Shown: positions 44,347-61,600, counted from the stretch's first letter. The stretch is DNA of 64,000 nucleotides from the human T2T-CHM13v2.0 reference genome, Homo sapiens (GCF_009914755.1 NC_060938.1); one strand, 5' to 3'. A program made the numbers and translations. The notes: generated from the letters alone by a model not told the origin.

Positions 44347-46170
44347 GAAACCCAGGCTAGCATAGAAGGATCTCTCTACTGGGGCACTGCCTCTGTTGCT
44401 AGCACAGCCAGCAAGGGGAGATGCTAGAGGTCCAGCCAATATCTCTTTGCTTGTGGCTTCTGGATAGGAGCAAGGAAATGAATGAGGAGGTGGCTCTGGA
44501 AATTTGTTGGAAGACATTTGCTGGTAGTTCATCTTAGCTCTGGGGAAACCAGAGAGACTGAGATAGGGATTGTGGGAGCATTTGGAGTCTAGATTGTGAC
44601 TTCCAAGTCCAAAGGTTTTAGCTTGAGGATTACCAAAAAAGGAGTGCCCTGCCCATCTCACAGCTTCTAGGGTTTTGTTCTGCACCACACTCTTGACATC
44701 CCTTGCTGTAGGAAGCCCTCCTCTTTCTCATCCGACATGTATCCGTGGGTTAAAATTTTCTCAACCTTCATAGTTTAAAAACTTCATTCTTTCCTTAGCA
44801 CAGATATCCACAAGGGTTTTCAAAATGCTGCAGCCAAAATAAAAGTATATAAATATTGAACAGGGCGTATATCCTAAGCCTCTAATAACGGAGCAGCAGG
44901 CTGGGATGAGTCTGGGTGGAGACCTCTAGAAGGCACAGAATCCAGTCTGCTGCTCAAGATGGTGTCAGAGTGGCTCTGACTGCCTGGAAGTTTGTACTTT
45001 TCTTAGGAAGGAAATTACTCATGGCTTCCATGGTAACCTGGTGCCCCATCCCCCTTAGAGGAAGAGCACTTCCTTCCTATCTATGCCAATGACCTCCTAC
45101 CACAAAGGCCTGAAAGTATTGGACATGTTGGTGAGCCCAGTACTTAGTGATCCCAGAGCTTTGCCCTTGGATCTGTGCCCCTCTAGCCTGTGGGAGACGT
45201 GGAAGGGAACAGGGCATGAGTTGCCAGGACTCCTACACCTACACTGCAGCATCTGGGAGAGAACTGGAGCTAACCTCTCTGCCCAGGCACAGGACATGCC
45301 TCTCTCTGGGTGTAATTAGAGAACACCCAAAGATCCCCTTATCCTACCAAGCACCCATCTACTGCCCACCACAGCCAGGTCACCTCCACCATTAACGTTC
45401 TTTTTGGCATTGATGTGCCAGGCATTGTGCTGGGGCCATGGGGAATGTCACAGTGGCTGAGCACAACGGAAGGAAAGAGGAGGCAGATCTGGGATGCACC
45501 CTCAGCTCAGGAATGCAGCAGAAGACCACATGGGGTGCAGAGTAGCTAGCGGGGAAGGGTCTTGGAAAGCCATTGGGCTCAGCACCAGAAGATGTAGCAC
45601 TCTCAGATGACCAGGAGTCCTTGGGCACACTCTTAGAGCCTCAGTTTCCTCACATATAAAATGGAAATGATGATATCAACTTCACAGCATTGGGGAATTA
45701 AACAAGAGCACCTCTGAAAGAACACTTGCCCAGAGGTTGGCATATAGTAGGCACTCAACAAAGTCTGAAAAAAAGAAAACAGCTAAAAGAACAGCAAGAA
45801 GAGCCTAAAGGCCAAAAAGTGAGAGGGCGAGGGTGGAGCAGCCCTACAGAGGAGAGGTGATAAAACACACTTCATCGCCTTAACCATTTTTTTTTTTTTT
45901 GGCCAAATACAGCTCTATTGAGTCCTCAAGTTCTCTTTTCTTTTTCCTGTAGCTATTGGTCAAAAAAGTCAGAGACCTGGGAATGTGTAAGCAGGCATGG
46001 AGAAGAGCTCTCCTTCGGGTGCAGGCTTTTGGTAAATAGAGGGATGGAGGGTTCATGCAGAGACGAAGGCATGGAAGGATGGCTGGACGGATACCACACA
46101 CCACCAGAGCCTGCTTTCACTCAGAAGGGAGATGCAGACCCATGTAATCCTCCCCGTCTCTGCTTCCCAG

Positions 46171-46275
46171 GACTCATCTGATGATGTGAGAAGAGTTCAG
46201 AGGAGGGAGAAAAATCGTATTGCCGCCCAGAAGAGCCGACAGAGGCAGACACAGAAGGCCGACACCCTGCACCTG
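46171..46275 (+). CDS. BATF: BATF exon 2 (aa 22-56, bZIP basic region DSSDDVRRVQRREKNRIAAQKSRQRQTQKADTLHL)
   Basis: Acceptor cctccccgtctctgcttcccag| with branch-like tgtaatc upstream; donor CTG|gtaagt; 105 nt, phase 0-0, in frame with exon 1; bZIP N-x7-R signature (NRIAAQKSR); includes S43, T48 and H55. Confidence 0.98.
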
Positions 46276-46454
46276 GTAAGTGTTCAGATCAATCTTCATC
46301 CTCGTGAGCTTTAGGCTTTGCCCTCCGCCATCTGGGAACCCTTGGACCATAGCTTTGATTCTGCTTGTGTGGGGATGTGTATGTGGGGTGGGTTAGTGGA
46401 GGGTGAGGGCCGTGGGGTGAGGTAGGGAAGGGAAGCTGTCGTGAGAGTGCTTTA

Positions 46455-46764
<310 letters not shown>

Positions 46765-49700
46765 TAGAAGGCTCTGTAGCAGGGAATGGGCCAGGAGGCT
46801 GAACAGAGAAATGGGCCTTTCTACCCCAGGAGGGCTCAAGGGGTGGGAGAAGGCAGAGCTGTATTGGGAAAGAATTTAGAAGGTATCAAGTGCTTTGGGG
46901 ACGGCCCATTGTCTCGCAGTGCAAGGACCACACATAGTCGCATCCCTTGGCAGAGACCCAAATGCCCCTGCATTTGACACAAGGAAATTCACAGGGCGCT
47001 GTACCAGATTCCTCTTTTCAGAGCATTATTAAAGTCTTATTTTGAAATTTCTGTCTTTAATGGTATCCCAAGGGGTCTATGAAAGATGCAATTTCAAGTG
47101 CCCTTATCTGGGATGATCACCATCCTAGTTGAGTTGCCTCTAGTCCCAAATTTTTCTAGAGAAAGCTTTTACCTCTGTCTTGAGTGGTCCAGGGGCCTTG
47201 AGCAGTGCTGAACTGCAGTTCCGCCAGTGGCCAAGGCCCTAGATGGTGTTTCTAGGTTCTGGCTGTGCCCCTTATAAAGTACTGCTTCCTCCCCATTGCT
47301 CATACCTTACCACCTTACCTCTCTTCACTCTGCCCCCAGTATGGTTCTTGTTCAACCAACTCTTCACTAGTTCCTTTCTCTCCATCCCCTCATCCCCTTC
47401 CCTAGCAACTCTACCTTCCTGCCCTTGCTCCAGAAACATTCCCTTACCTCTAATAGCCTAGCAATTCCTTTCCATGGAAAAAGTGCAATTGGCACCAAAA
47501 ATCAATAAGCTTGTATTTATCTGGAAGATTAGCATGATAATCAGCCAGTTAGAATGGCTGTGTTAACCGTATCAAGAATAAGTAAGTAAGATGTAGTTTT
47601 AGGGGAAATAATGCATCTTTCAGCTTTACAAGGAAACAGAGCAGACTGCACCAACAGCTCTGATTGGGTGCTTGGGTTTTATTTGAAATGTATTCAGCTT
47701 ACACTCCATTGCACACTAACATTAAATTCACAGCTATTTGTTAACTTTTTGGAAAGAATGAATGAACAGAAAGTCTGTACTAACTGTGCTCAACAGTCTG
47801 AATGTCAAGTTTTTGGTGGCCCTGCTGCTTGTATGTTCTCCATGATTTCACTGTGTCCCCACATTCTGGTTTACCACCTTAAGCTTGAACATCTATGATC
47901 CTTACCTCTTTCTCTATCAGAGTCTGATTCTGATTCAGTATTCTTTAGGGCAAGCAAACAGACCAATCAAAATTTAAAAGGATAAAATCTTCCTTGTGTA
48001 CAAGTAGACAATGTCCTCAGACTGGCAAACTGCTGTAAGCTTTTTAAGTGTGTACCTGTTTTCTTAAGTGGAATGTAAGTATAGTTCGGCAGCTCAGCAG
48101 TCAGAACAGGGATTGAATCCCAGCCCTGCTGCCTACTATCTGTGTGACAGAGACGTTCTTGGCCTCCCTTGGGCTTGGTTTCCTTATCTAGAAAATGGAA
48201 AATGACAATAACTACCCTATACAGATCGTACATTTAAAGAGCCCAACACAATGCCTGTCATTCATAAATACTCAAAAATTTAAGTATAATAAGAGTAATA
48301 ATAATTATCATAAGAAGCAAGATAATCACAAATTATACACACATTTTATATATATATGAAAACATATATACATTTTGTGTATATTTAATCACAGAAGCTC
48401 AGGGTTGAAAGGTTTCTTAAAGGCTAGAAAGTTTAGACATAAGTTTGATGCTTCAGACTTCTCTGCAACACCTCCAGCCAATGGTCCCATTGTATGCCTG
48501 GTCACTTCTAGGGCTGGAGATCTTCCTCTCTCCCAATTTATGAACAGAAGAGTCTTTCCTATGTTAAGCTGCACCCCTGTCTCCCTGTAAATTCAACTCA
48601 CTGGTCTTCATCCAAACCCTTGGGGAACGTATTAATGAGGGTGACACAGATGTCTCTTTGCTGCGGCAAGGCTTTCAGCACTCAATCAGCTCTCTCCCTC
48701 TCCAAGACAAATGTCAGAGCCCAAAGAGTCAGCTCATCTAATTATACAAGTCATGTGACATTAGGGTAATCTCTAGAGCTTGAGGGTCCACAGAGCCCCA
48801 AGTCATATAGTCAACATATCCATAGCCACACCCCAGCCTCAGTTTCTAGAATGTTCCAATCTTCCCCACATCTGAACACAGATTCCTCCTCCACTGCTTT
48901 CTTTTGAGCACCACAGCATCGTCTTTACCTTTTGCCCAATGAGTAGGTCGCAGCGGAGTTGATGCAGCAAGCCTGCGGACTGCTGCCAATGCAACTTATG
49001 TTTCTTGGCTTCAGGTAGAAGCTTTTGGCAGCAACGTGTTCAATCTGCCCTACATCAAATTAGCTGTGGTTTGACATCTTCCTTTCCTCCGAGATGACAA
49101 TCACCTATCTTCTCCATCCATTATCCTCTTAATTATGTCTGAGATTCAGGTGAAAAGTCTTCTGGTTTACCACCAGTGTCAGGGCTCAGTGTGTGGTTTG
49201 CCCTTGACTCCTTTCCATGCTTGGCTCCACATGCTGGGGTTGTTCTCTGGCCCTCAGACATGGCCATAGGCCTCGCCTACCAGTGCTTTACAGATGAGGG
49301 TTTGGGAGCTACTGAGAGTACCATATCAAAAAAGGACCACATTCCTATTAGGGTTCTAGCCTCATATATACTGGTATGTTTTCTTAGTTTCAACTGCTGT
49401 CACTATTATCAACCTTAAAATACTGAAACAATTATCTTGTTCCTCTAGTGAGAGTGTGGGATGCTTACTATTCGACATTTTCAGCATCTATCCTATAAAT
49501 GGCTGGCACCAAGACACTGTACATCGATTGCTTTAAAAATTGACAGAGTAGGGAGAGAGCCTCTTTTTATGATTGTGTTATAAATCCCTGGCCTTGACTA
49601 TCTCTGACATAAAATGGATCGGTGATTCCTTTCGTAATTGTGACATCAACAAACAATCTAATTCTGTTTTAATTCTCCTTTTGTTGAGCATCTCACACAA

Positions 49701-49849
49701 GCACCCTGCACACTTAGTTCCTTTTCTCCTGCAGACAACTGTAGGGTTCATTGTATATAGTACAGATGTTGATTAAAAAAGAGAAAGGCATAACTTGACC
49801 AGTTAGTTTCTAAAAGATATCAATAGCTAATAAGTGGACCTAAGATAAT

Positions 49850-52090
<2,241 letters not shown>

Positions 52091-54201
52091 TTTATCTTTA
52101 TAATATAGATATCAAAATTCTCAGCATTGATCATTACCACACATGCATTAGGAGGATTTCTTTTCTAATTTTGACATCAAACATTGAATAATCTTCCATC
52201 ACGACATGGAAGAGTATTCAATCTTGACGTTATCTTTTGAACATCATACATAAATATCTCAGCCCTTGGGAGAACCAACTGTAAGTTGGGATTTGAGTGA
52301 CTCTAAGGTCCACAGTACTATATGATAAAAGATGGCAAATCCGTTTCCTTTGTGTAGCCATCTTGGTTGGTTGGTCATGGCTATCTGGTGCCGTACAGCT
52401 GGAAGGATTTCAAGTCAAAGACCAGGATCAGTGGAAAAGAGAGCTGAGGTCAATTAAGAAGCTTTATTCATGAAAAGGCTAAAATCAGTGGAGTTGCCGG
52501 GAGCAGTGGCAAATAGCAGTGTTAGCCCTGAGCCGAGCTGTTGACAAGTCATATCTGGCCTGGTGGATGGAGCTGAAAGCAAGTGAGAGTAACAGCCAAG
52601 TTTGAAAGCTTGAGATTTAGGTACTGTCTTAGATGGAAGTGGGCCAGGTGCTTGCCTGGGGCTGCCTCCTGAAGGAGTCTCACACCAGTATAAGAAAAAA
52701 GAGAGGTTTACAGGCTCCAGGGATGTGCTTTGTCATATATGACAGAAAAGTCATGAGTATAAATTATGCATTAAATGAAGCTTTGAGCTAACACTGTGAG
52801 AAATACGGTATTTACAATTGGAGAAAAATTGAGTAATGGAGGAAAAGATGTTTGGGTAGCACTATTGTTCTTGGCCTTCTGAGGAGGCAGAGAAGGATGC
52901 TTACGGTCCTATTTCACTCCTGGAATTCTTTTGCTCTCTCTGGGAGACCATGCCATAATGTTTGTTGGCACAGATAAGTCACAGGTCAGGAATGTTCAGG
53001 CTAGTTCCACCCTTAAAAAGTTCAATGTAGAATCAGTGAACCATCTATGGAAAGAGATGCGACCCTTCTGTCTCCATTGCTATGAATTTCTTTTAAGAAA
53101 AAACCATGTTAATTGAACAAACGACTATGTATTAACCACTGTGCCTCAAGTGCTCTCCCTGCAGCATCTCATTTAATCTGCATAAAAGCTGTATTTTATA
53201 ATTCCTTGCATTAAGTAACTTGATGGAGATGACACAGCTTGTGACTAGGTCTGTCTGACGTCAGAACCCATTTTCCTAACCATTAAGTTTTACTGCCTCT
53301 TTCTTCAAACTCTGATGAAGATGTATTCATCTTCCCTAACCTATATTTTCCTTGAATCTCTACATGAATTAATTTTTTTGTCTTTTAAGCAATATCCTCC
53401 AAAATCTACACTGTCCCCCAGCCATCATCAGGCGTGATCAAGAAAGTAAAGACATGTTTACTTTCAATACAGTATATCCATTGTACAATTGATATCATAT
53501 ATGTCATATATATCATGATATCAACATATATAGATAGGTACTATATATAGATAGATACAATTGGTATATCAAATGATACAATATGTCAATTGAAATCTTT
53601 TTTGAGAAGTCTGTGTAGCAATAAATGTTAACATCTTTCACAGGAATTACCTTTGACACAACAGAGTTTGAAGAAAAAATAATTTACAAAGATGCTTAGT
53701 TCATCATTATCTGTGAATAGTAAATACCTTAACAATGCTATAAAACTTGACAGGGGGCTTACAACAGAAGATGAAGCATATTATGATACATTCATACAAT
53801 AAAAAAATGTATGCTGGTACTAAAAATGATTATGTAGATCTGTATTTATCAGCATAGAAAGATGTCAGTGATACAGCATTAAGTGAAAAAGGCAAATTAC
53901 AAAGAGCATGCAGAGTATAACCCTTTCACGTAAAATTTGTGGGTTTTGGGCATGGTCGCATGCATAAAGAGATATCCGGAAGGATATTCTCCAAAATGCT
54001 AATAGCAGTTATGAGTGGTTGAGTTTGGGTAGTTCATCTTATTCTTGGTACTTTTCTCTCTTTTTTATTATAATGAATGTGTGCCATTTTAAAAATCAGA
54101 ATTTTAAAAATTAGGCTATTTTCATTTGGGGAGGGAAAACACATCAAGGAAATCCACCACCCCTAACTGCTTGTCTTACCGATGACGGGTCGGCATGGCT
54201 A

Positions 54202-54688
<487 letters not shown>

Positions 54689-55451
54689 TCAGAGGTTTTC
54701 TTACTCCCCTCTTTTGAACTTAGTCTAGTCCCCTGCTTCCTAGGAGGGGTGGGTTGGGTCCACAGTATAAAGGCCCCTTCAGATTGTGGGATATCTGTAG
54801 AGGGTTCCACTACGGGTTCACATGATGGCTTGTGGAGGGAATAACAATCATAATAGTCATACTACCTTGTTGATAAAATTTCAGAATTAAGTGGGAACTC
54901 AGAGATCTTCTAGGGTGACTTGCCACATTTCCAATGAGGAAACTGAGGACGCCCAAGAACCCAAACCTCTTGCCTTCCCACCAGTCTGCTTTTGTTTCAT
55001 GCCACTTTGCTGAACAGAGCTTTACTAGGCAGGTGTTTACATAAGGCCTATTGCAAAGGTGGGCCAAGAAGCAGGCCATTAACCAGAACACTTGAACTGC
55101 CTAGACACTCATCAGCTCCAGAACATACGGCTATACATGAGACCAGAAAGAGAGTGAGTCCAAACTTGACAGGGGCTGAAGTGTAAATGTTTCTTTGTTT
55201 AAAGAGATTTTAAAGTTGTAATCCAAAATTAGAAAGGGCAGTGACATATTGGGGAAAATATTTGCATCAAATTAAAGAAATGAAGGTTTAATATTTATGC
55301 TACAGAAAGAAACTCTTATAAAGCAAAACATCAGGACTCCAATAGACAAGTGGGCAGAGGCAATGAACAGAAAGCTTACATAATATTTTTCCTACCAAAA
55401 TGAAAATACCCTAATTTCCTATTCTGATTATGAAAACGATACACACTAAGG

Positions 55452-55660
55452 CAGGGTTTCTCAACCCCAGTGGAACTGATACTTCGAGTCCGATAATTCT
55501 TTGTTGTTGGGGATTGTCCTGTGCCTTGTAAAATGTAAAATTTACCCACAAGATGCCAGTAGAACACCCCCTCACCCTGCTTAGTTTGATAACCAAAAAT
55601 ATTTCCAGAACTTGCTAAATGTCCCTGGAAAGGCAAAATCAGTCCTAGTTGAGAACGCTA
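55452..55660 (-). mobile_element. MER20 (hAT-Charlie)
   Basis: cagggtttctcaacc...gataattctttgttg...agatgccagtag...ggcaaaatc...gttgagaac. Confidence 0.8.
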
Positions 55661-56223
55661 CACTAAGGAGAAAGACACATGGAAAGTTGTTCTTTCTCCT
55701 TAATACTTGACAACCTGTAACATTAACATGAAATTAAGAAGCCTTCATCAAGCTAATTGGCAACAAGTAAATTATTTAAAATTATAACACCTAAATGCCA
55801 GTGAGGTTGTAGTGAAATGGATAGAAGCATTCGCTAGTGGTGACATTATATACTTGATATGACCCCTTTTCAGTAATACTTCTCAGGACTGGGAAGATTG
55901 AATGCCTCCTTTGCCTCATTCATTTCATTCCTAGGAATTTCTCCAAGGAAATCACTGAACAGAGACAAAACCCAGTGTGCATCACGATGTTCATCTCAGC
56001 ATTATTTTTAATAGTGACAATTTGATAGCAACCAAGATGTCCAGCATTAGAAGACCACTTTAAGTAAATTGTGGATAATCAATTTGATGATGCAGTCATT
56101 AAAAATTATGTTGACTATGTAGATGTGACAAAGTTATGACAGAAAGCAAAATACAAATTGTATGTGTACTATGATTGAAATTTTGTAAAAATAAGTATGC
56201 ATGTTTGTTCAAAAGGATGAGAT

Positions 56224-56504
56224 GGCCAAGTGGGATGGTTCATGCCTGTAATCCCAATACATACGGAGGCCAAGGCAGGAGGATGACTTGAGACCAAGCT
56301 GGGCAACAGAGTGAGATCCTGTCTCTACAAAATATAAAAATAAAAATAAAAATAATTAGCCAGGCGTGGTAGCTTGCACCCAGCTACTTTAGAGGCTGAG
56401 GTGGGAAGATCACTTGAGCCCAGGAGGTTGAGGCTGCAGTGAGCCCTGATTACATCACTGCACTCTGGACTGGGTAATAGAGTGAGACCCTGTGTCAACA
56501 AAAA
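56224..56504 (+). mobile_element. AluJo with internal deletions
   Basis: TSD aaaaggatgagat. Confidence 0.88.
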
Positions 56505-57510
56505 GGATGAGATCTCAATATGTGTAAATGAAAACAGCTGTATTAAGGGACTAGGATCATGGGCGTTTTTAACTTTTAAAAAATATCTTTAATGTAGTTA
56601 TACTGTATTTTTTTATTTTTAAAGAAACAGAAGAAAATGGCCAAATAGAGAGCTGAAGGAACTCTGGAGGACATCAAGTACAAAGAGACAATATTACTGA
56701 GCTCGAATTTGGGGATCAGGTTTTGGTAGGAGACCTTATAATTTATACCCCAAATAGGAATACTTCGAGAGTGGAAGATGGAACTTGTAAATATTACACA
56801 AGGAAAACAGGTGTCCCAGTAAATGTCTGGTCACCCTAGACAGGGAAACCAAGAAAGATGACATGAAGCTCTTATGAAAACTCAGAAGTGATAAAGTTCA
56901 GAGTCAAGTAGAGGGGACTGGATTCCTATGACCAAAATGTGATTTCCTGCAACTGAGGACCCTGTAACTAAAAAAGGGTACTCAGCTGGCATAAGAATAT
57001 GTCTTATCATTAAGAGAGTAGGATGACACAGAAAATTATAAAGCAAAGGCCATATTATCAGTACTAGAGCTGAGATCAGCGGAAGTGATTCATCTACTCA
57101 ACAAATATTTATCAGCCAGGAACAGTTCGTTCTAGGCACTGAGAATATTGCAGGGACAGGACAGACAGAGTCTCTGATTTCACGAACCTTACAGTCAGTT
57201 GGAAGTCAGGCTGGAAAACAAATAAACACACTAATCACATGACATGTAAAGTGCTTCAAAGAAGATGAAATCATGCAATGTGGAAAGTGTCTAAGGGACG
57301 GGATTGGGGCAGCGATCAGGGGAGGCCTTCCTGAGGCCCTGGAATTTGAGATCAAAGGTGAATCAAAGAGGAGACTGGAAAGATCTGGGGAGAGGGTGAT
57401 CTCAGCCTAGAGAGCCTTGAGGCCAAGCTGCGAGGCCAGGCAAAGGTCAGAAAGGTGCTTGGTAAGGTGGAGACCAAGTTCAAGACCATAAGGGAGTGAG
57501 GAGGAACTCA

Positions 57511-57916
<406 letters not shown>

Positions 57917-58158
57917 CTAATTCAAACCCTGCCTGGGGGATTTCTCTGAACCTAAACTCTGATCATAAGTTGAGAAGCAATAGCACCTCACTAGGCTGTT
58001 TGACCGTTTAATTGAGAGGGCAAATGTAAGAACAAAGCAATATTGTCATTTTTTTTTTACACTGTTCCTTTGTTTAATGCAGACAGCCTGCCCTTTTCCT
58101 AGAAATCAATCAGATATATTATCCTACATGAACACACACGTTCTTCTTTCTGGTTGCT

Positions 58159-58221
58159 TATAAACTCTTTAAGGATATCAGTAGTTTCAGGGGCTTGGCC
58201 TTTCACAACTAGGCAAGTCTC
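58159..58221 (+). repeat. 63-bp dispersed duplication, copy 1
   Basis: 62/63 identical to 58938-59000. Confidence 0.95.
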
Positions 58222-58934
58222 CTTTGTTGGGTATGAATGGAGAGAGGGTCAAATTTGAACTAGGGAAATGGCACGACGAAGTTCTTAAAGTGGTTGTAAT
58301 TCTGCCACTCCCACGCTGTTGGTTCAGTTTGGGGAATAAACAGAGGTTTGACCTAGGCCTTTTGAAAAAATGAATCTCTTGGATTCATTTGGAAGTATCC
58401 CAGATTTACAAAGTAGAAGCTATTAAAGTGTTTGAGTGGTGGTTAATCACTCTCTAGGAATTCTCATGGACATCACAGATTTACTCAGCTGACCCTTCTT
58501 CATAGGCACATCTCAGATTTTGGAAAATTATTCCAGATTATAAGTTGGCAGTCAAGCAACGTGATTTGATCGAACACTTACTCTATGGCAGGCACTGTCC
58601 TTGTCACTGAGAACAAAACAGTGAAGACAATAATAGCTCCTGCCCTCACAGAGCTCAACAATGTAAATGGTAAGGAAACGAAACGGTTAAAGTTATAATT
58701 AATGAAACACGAATAGATCCCTGAGCTCTTGCCTTTCCATTATATGAATGAACTGTGCTGGACTATTTAGAATTGTTTCCACCAATTTAAGAATATAATA
58801 GTAGTGTGCTTAAATGGACATTTTGTTTTAGAAATTTTTTTAACTAGAAATAGTCTCCCAACTCTTTAAATTTTTTAATATTATACTATAAATGATAAAA
58901 TAAAATACATATTTAATAAAATGAAAATATGTAA

Positions 58935-59560
<626 letters not shown>

Positions 59561-59592
59561 CAGTACATTTGCAGCCTATCAGGTCTGTACCT

Positions 59593-59646
59593 GAATATGT
59601 GGAGTGAGTAGAATGTGTGGAGTGAGCAGAATGTGTGGAGTGAGTG
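59593..59646 (+). repeat. 18-bp tandem repeat x3 (gaatgtgtggagtgagya)
   Basis: Units at 59593, 59611 and 59629. Confidence 0.9.
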
Positions 59647-59720
59647 TGGGGCAATTGTGTGGGTAAGTACACAGATACTCTGTCACATACAGTGGCCTGA
59701 TGGCTTAAAACAAAACAAAC

Positions 59721-60031
<311 letters not shown>

Positions 60032-60129
60032 TCAAACCCTTGCTTTGATGGCAGTTATTATTTGTTTTGTTGTTTGGTTTTGAACATTGATAATCTTGCT
60101 AGTGGTAACCTTTGTAACTCGAAGCATCA

Positions 60130-60523
60130 GTATCAGCCAAGATTGCATGCATTCAGAGACAAGTGAGAGACCAGCCATCAAATGAGGAATCAACAAATCA
60201 TGGCCTACTTTTCTCATGTAACAAGAAGTTCAAAAGTGGAGAGACCAGGCTACAGCAAGGAAGAACCAAGCTCCTTCTCTCTAAGCAGCCATCCTCAGTA
60301 TGAGGCTTTCATTCCCTAGGCTGTGAGATGGGTGCCGAGCCTCTCGGCATCAGTCTATGTTGAAGGAAGGAAGCCTTTGTCCTTATGAGCAGGCTGTGCC
60401 TTTTTGGTAGGAAGGGAAGCTCTGCCTTCACCTCCCTCCCGCCCATCAGGTACTTCTGCTTACGTATCTTTGGTCAGAATTCTGTCACATGGCTACCCCT
60501 AGCTACAAGGTAAGGTAAGCTGG

Positions 60524-60560
<37 letters not shown>
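60130..60560 (-). mobile_element. Old MaLR LTR (MLT1J-like) ending in a T34 run (60526-60559)
   Basis: ttttctcatgtaacaagaag...gccatcctcag...gtcacatggctacccctagctacaagg. Confidence 0.5.
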
Positions 60561-60561
<1 letters not shown>

Positions 60562-61299
60562 CAATTCTGTTCCCAGTCTTTCTAGAGGAAGGCAAGGCAG
60601 AAGGGGTTTGGGATGGACGCTGAATGAACCAAACTATAGTTTTTTTCACATTTGAGGGCAATGAAATCATAGTCTTGAAAACCAAGGACCAGGCGATAGC
60701 CTTTTCACCCTGTGACTAGACAGGTCCCTGAGGGCACGGCTGATGTGGCCAATCTTCTGTAAATGCAAAGGTGCTTATGGCCCTAGAGCTTCAGCTCTAA
60801 GACATGAAAGTGAAGGTTCCTCCAGAATCACACACGTGCATTATTCAGCGCAAAGATCTGTGGTTTGGTGATTCTTCTTCTCCTTTCATAAGGTGAGAGG
60901 CAGCAGTTGGGGTGAATTTCCCCAGGAATGGTGGGAGATGTGGGCCTAGATCCTCCCGCTGCTTGGGAAGAGTCGTACTTTTCAGTTGGAAGCCTGCTCC
61001 AGGAATGGCGGGCTCCACCCTCTGCATGTGACGTACAGGGGCTGGTAACTGATGGAGCCTGAACATATATCTGGGTGTGAGGGATAAGCTTCGAACGCCA
61101 CTTAAGTGTAGGTGGGAGCCAAAAGGTCACCCTGCCAATACATGATTACATGTCCTGTTGAGGAGAAAATACACAGGGACTATTTTCACCCTTCTGGAAA
61201 TTGTGATTAGAAAATGCAAGGAGAAGGCCAAGACACTAAACTGGAGCTGGTAGGGAGGAAGCCTCAGCCCTGCTCAGGGTGCCTGGACAGTCCCCACCA

Positions 61300-61600
61300 G
61301 GGCCCAGCTAGGAAATGCCAGCCTTGTCCTTGGTCTTTGTCCCTAATGGCTCCCGGCGGGTGAGGGAACTGCCTGGGGATTCCCCATCGTTGAAGCGCTC
61401 TGTGAGTGACCCCCTCCTAAGCCCCTCCAGTAGGGGATTTCCCAGAATGTTCCCACGCCCCCAGGAAGCCTCTTCCTTAGCCACCCCCAAGCTGCTTGCG
61501 GTTCATGGTAGAGGTAGGTGGCATCAAATGACCCCACAGGTGAGGGATTTGCCTGAGGTGGGAAAAGAGGGAAGATAAAATTGGAAAGCCACCGGGGCTG
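61300..61600. promoter_or_regulatory. Intronic enhancer candidate (NF-kB/RBPJ/STAT cluster)
   Basis: GGGGATTCCCC 61375-85, GGGGATTTCCC 61433-43, GAS TTCCCAGAA 61439-47, RBPJ TTCCCACG 61450-57, GTGGGAA 61558-64. Confidence 0.6.

Larger units (their letters stand above)
43830..46170 (+). other. BATF: BATF intron 1 (GT-AG, phase 0)
   Basis: GT at 43830, AG at 46169-70; joins Q21 to D22. Confidence 0.95.

Noticed and set aside
46132-46314. 60-aa ORF as a stand-alone gene
   Set aside because: It is BATF exon 2 plus flanking intron read-through.
61425-61460. Paired RBPJ (SPS) site
   Set aside because: No good head-to-head partner 15-17 bp upstream of TTCCCACG.
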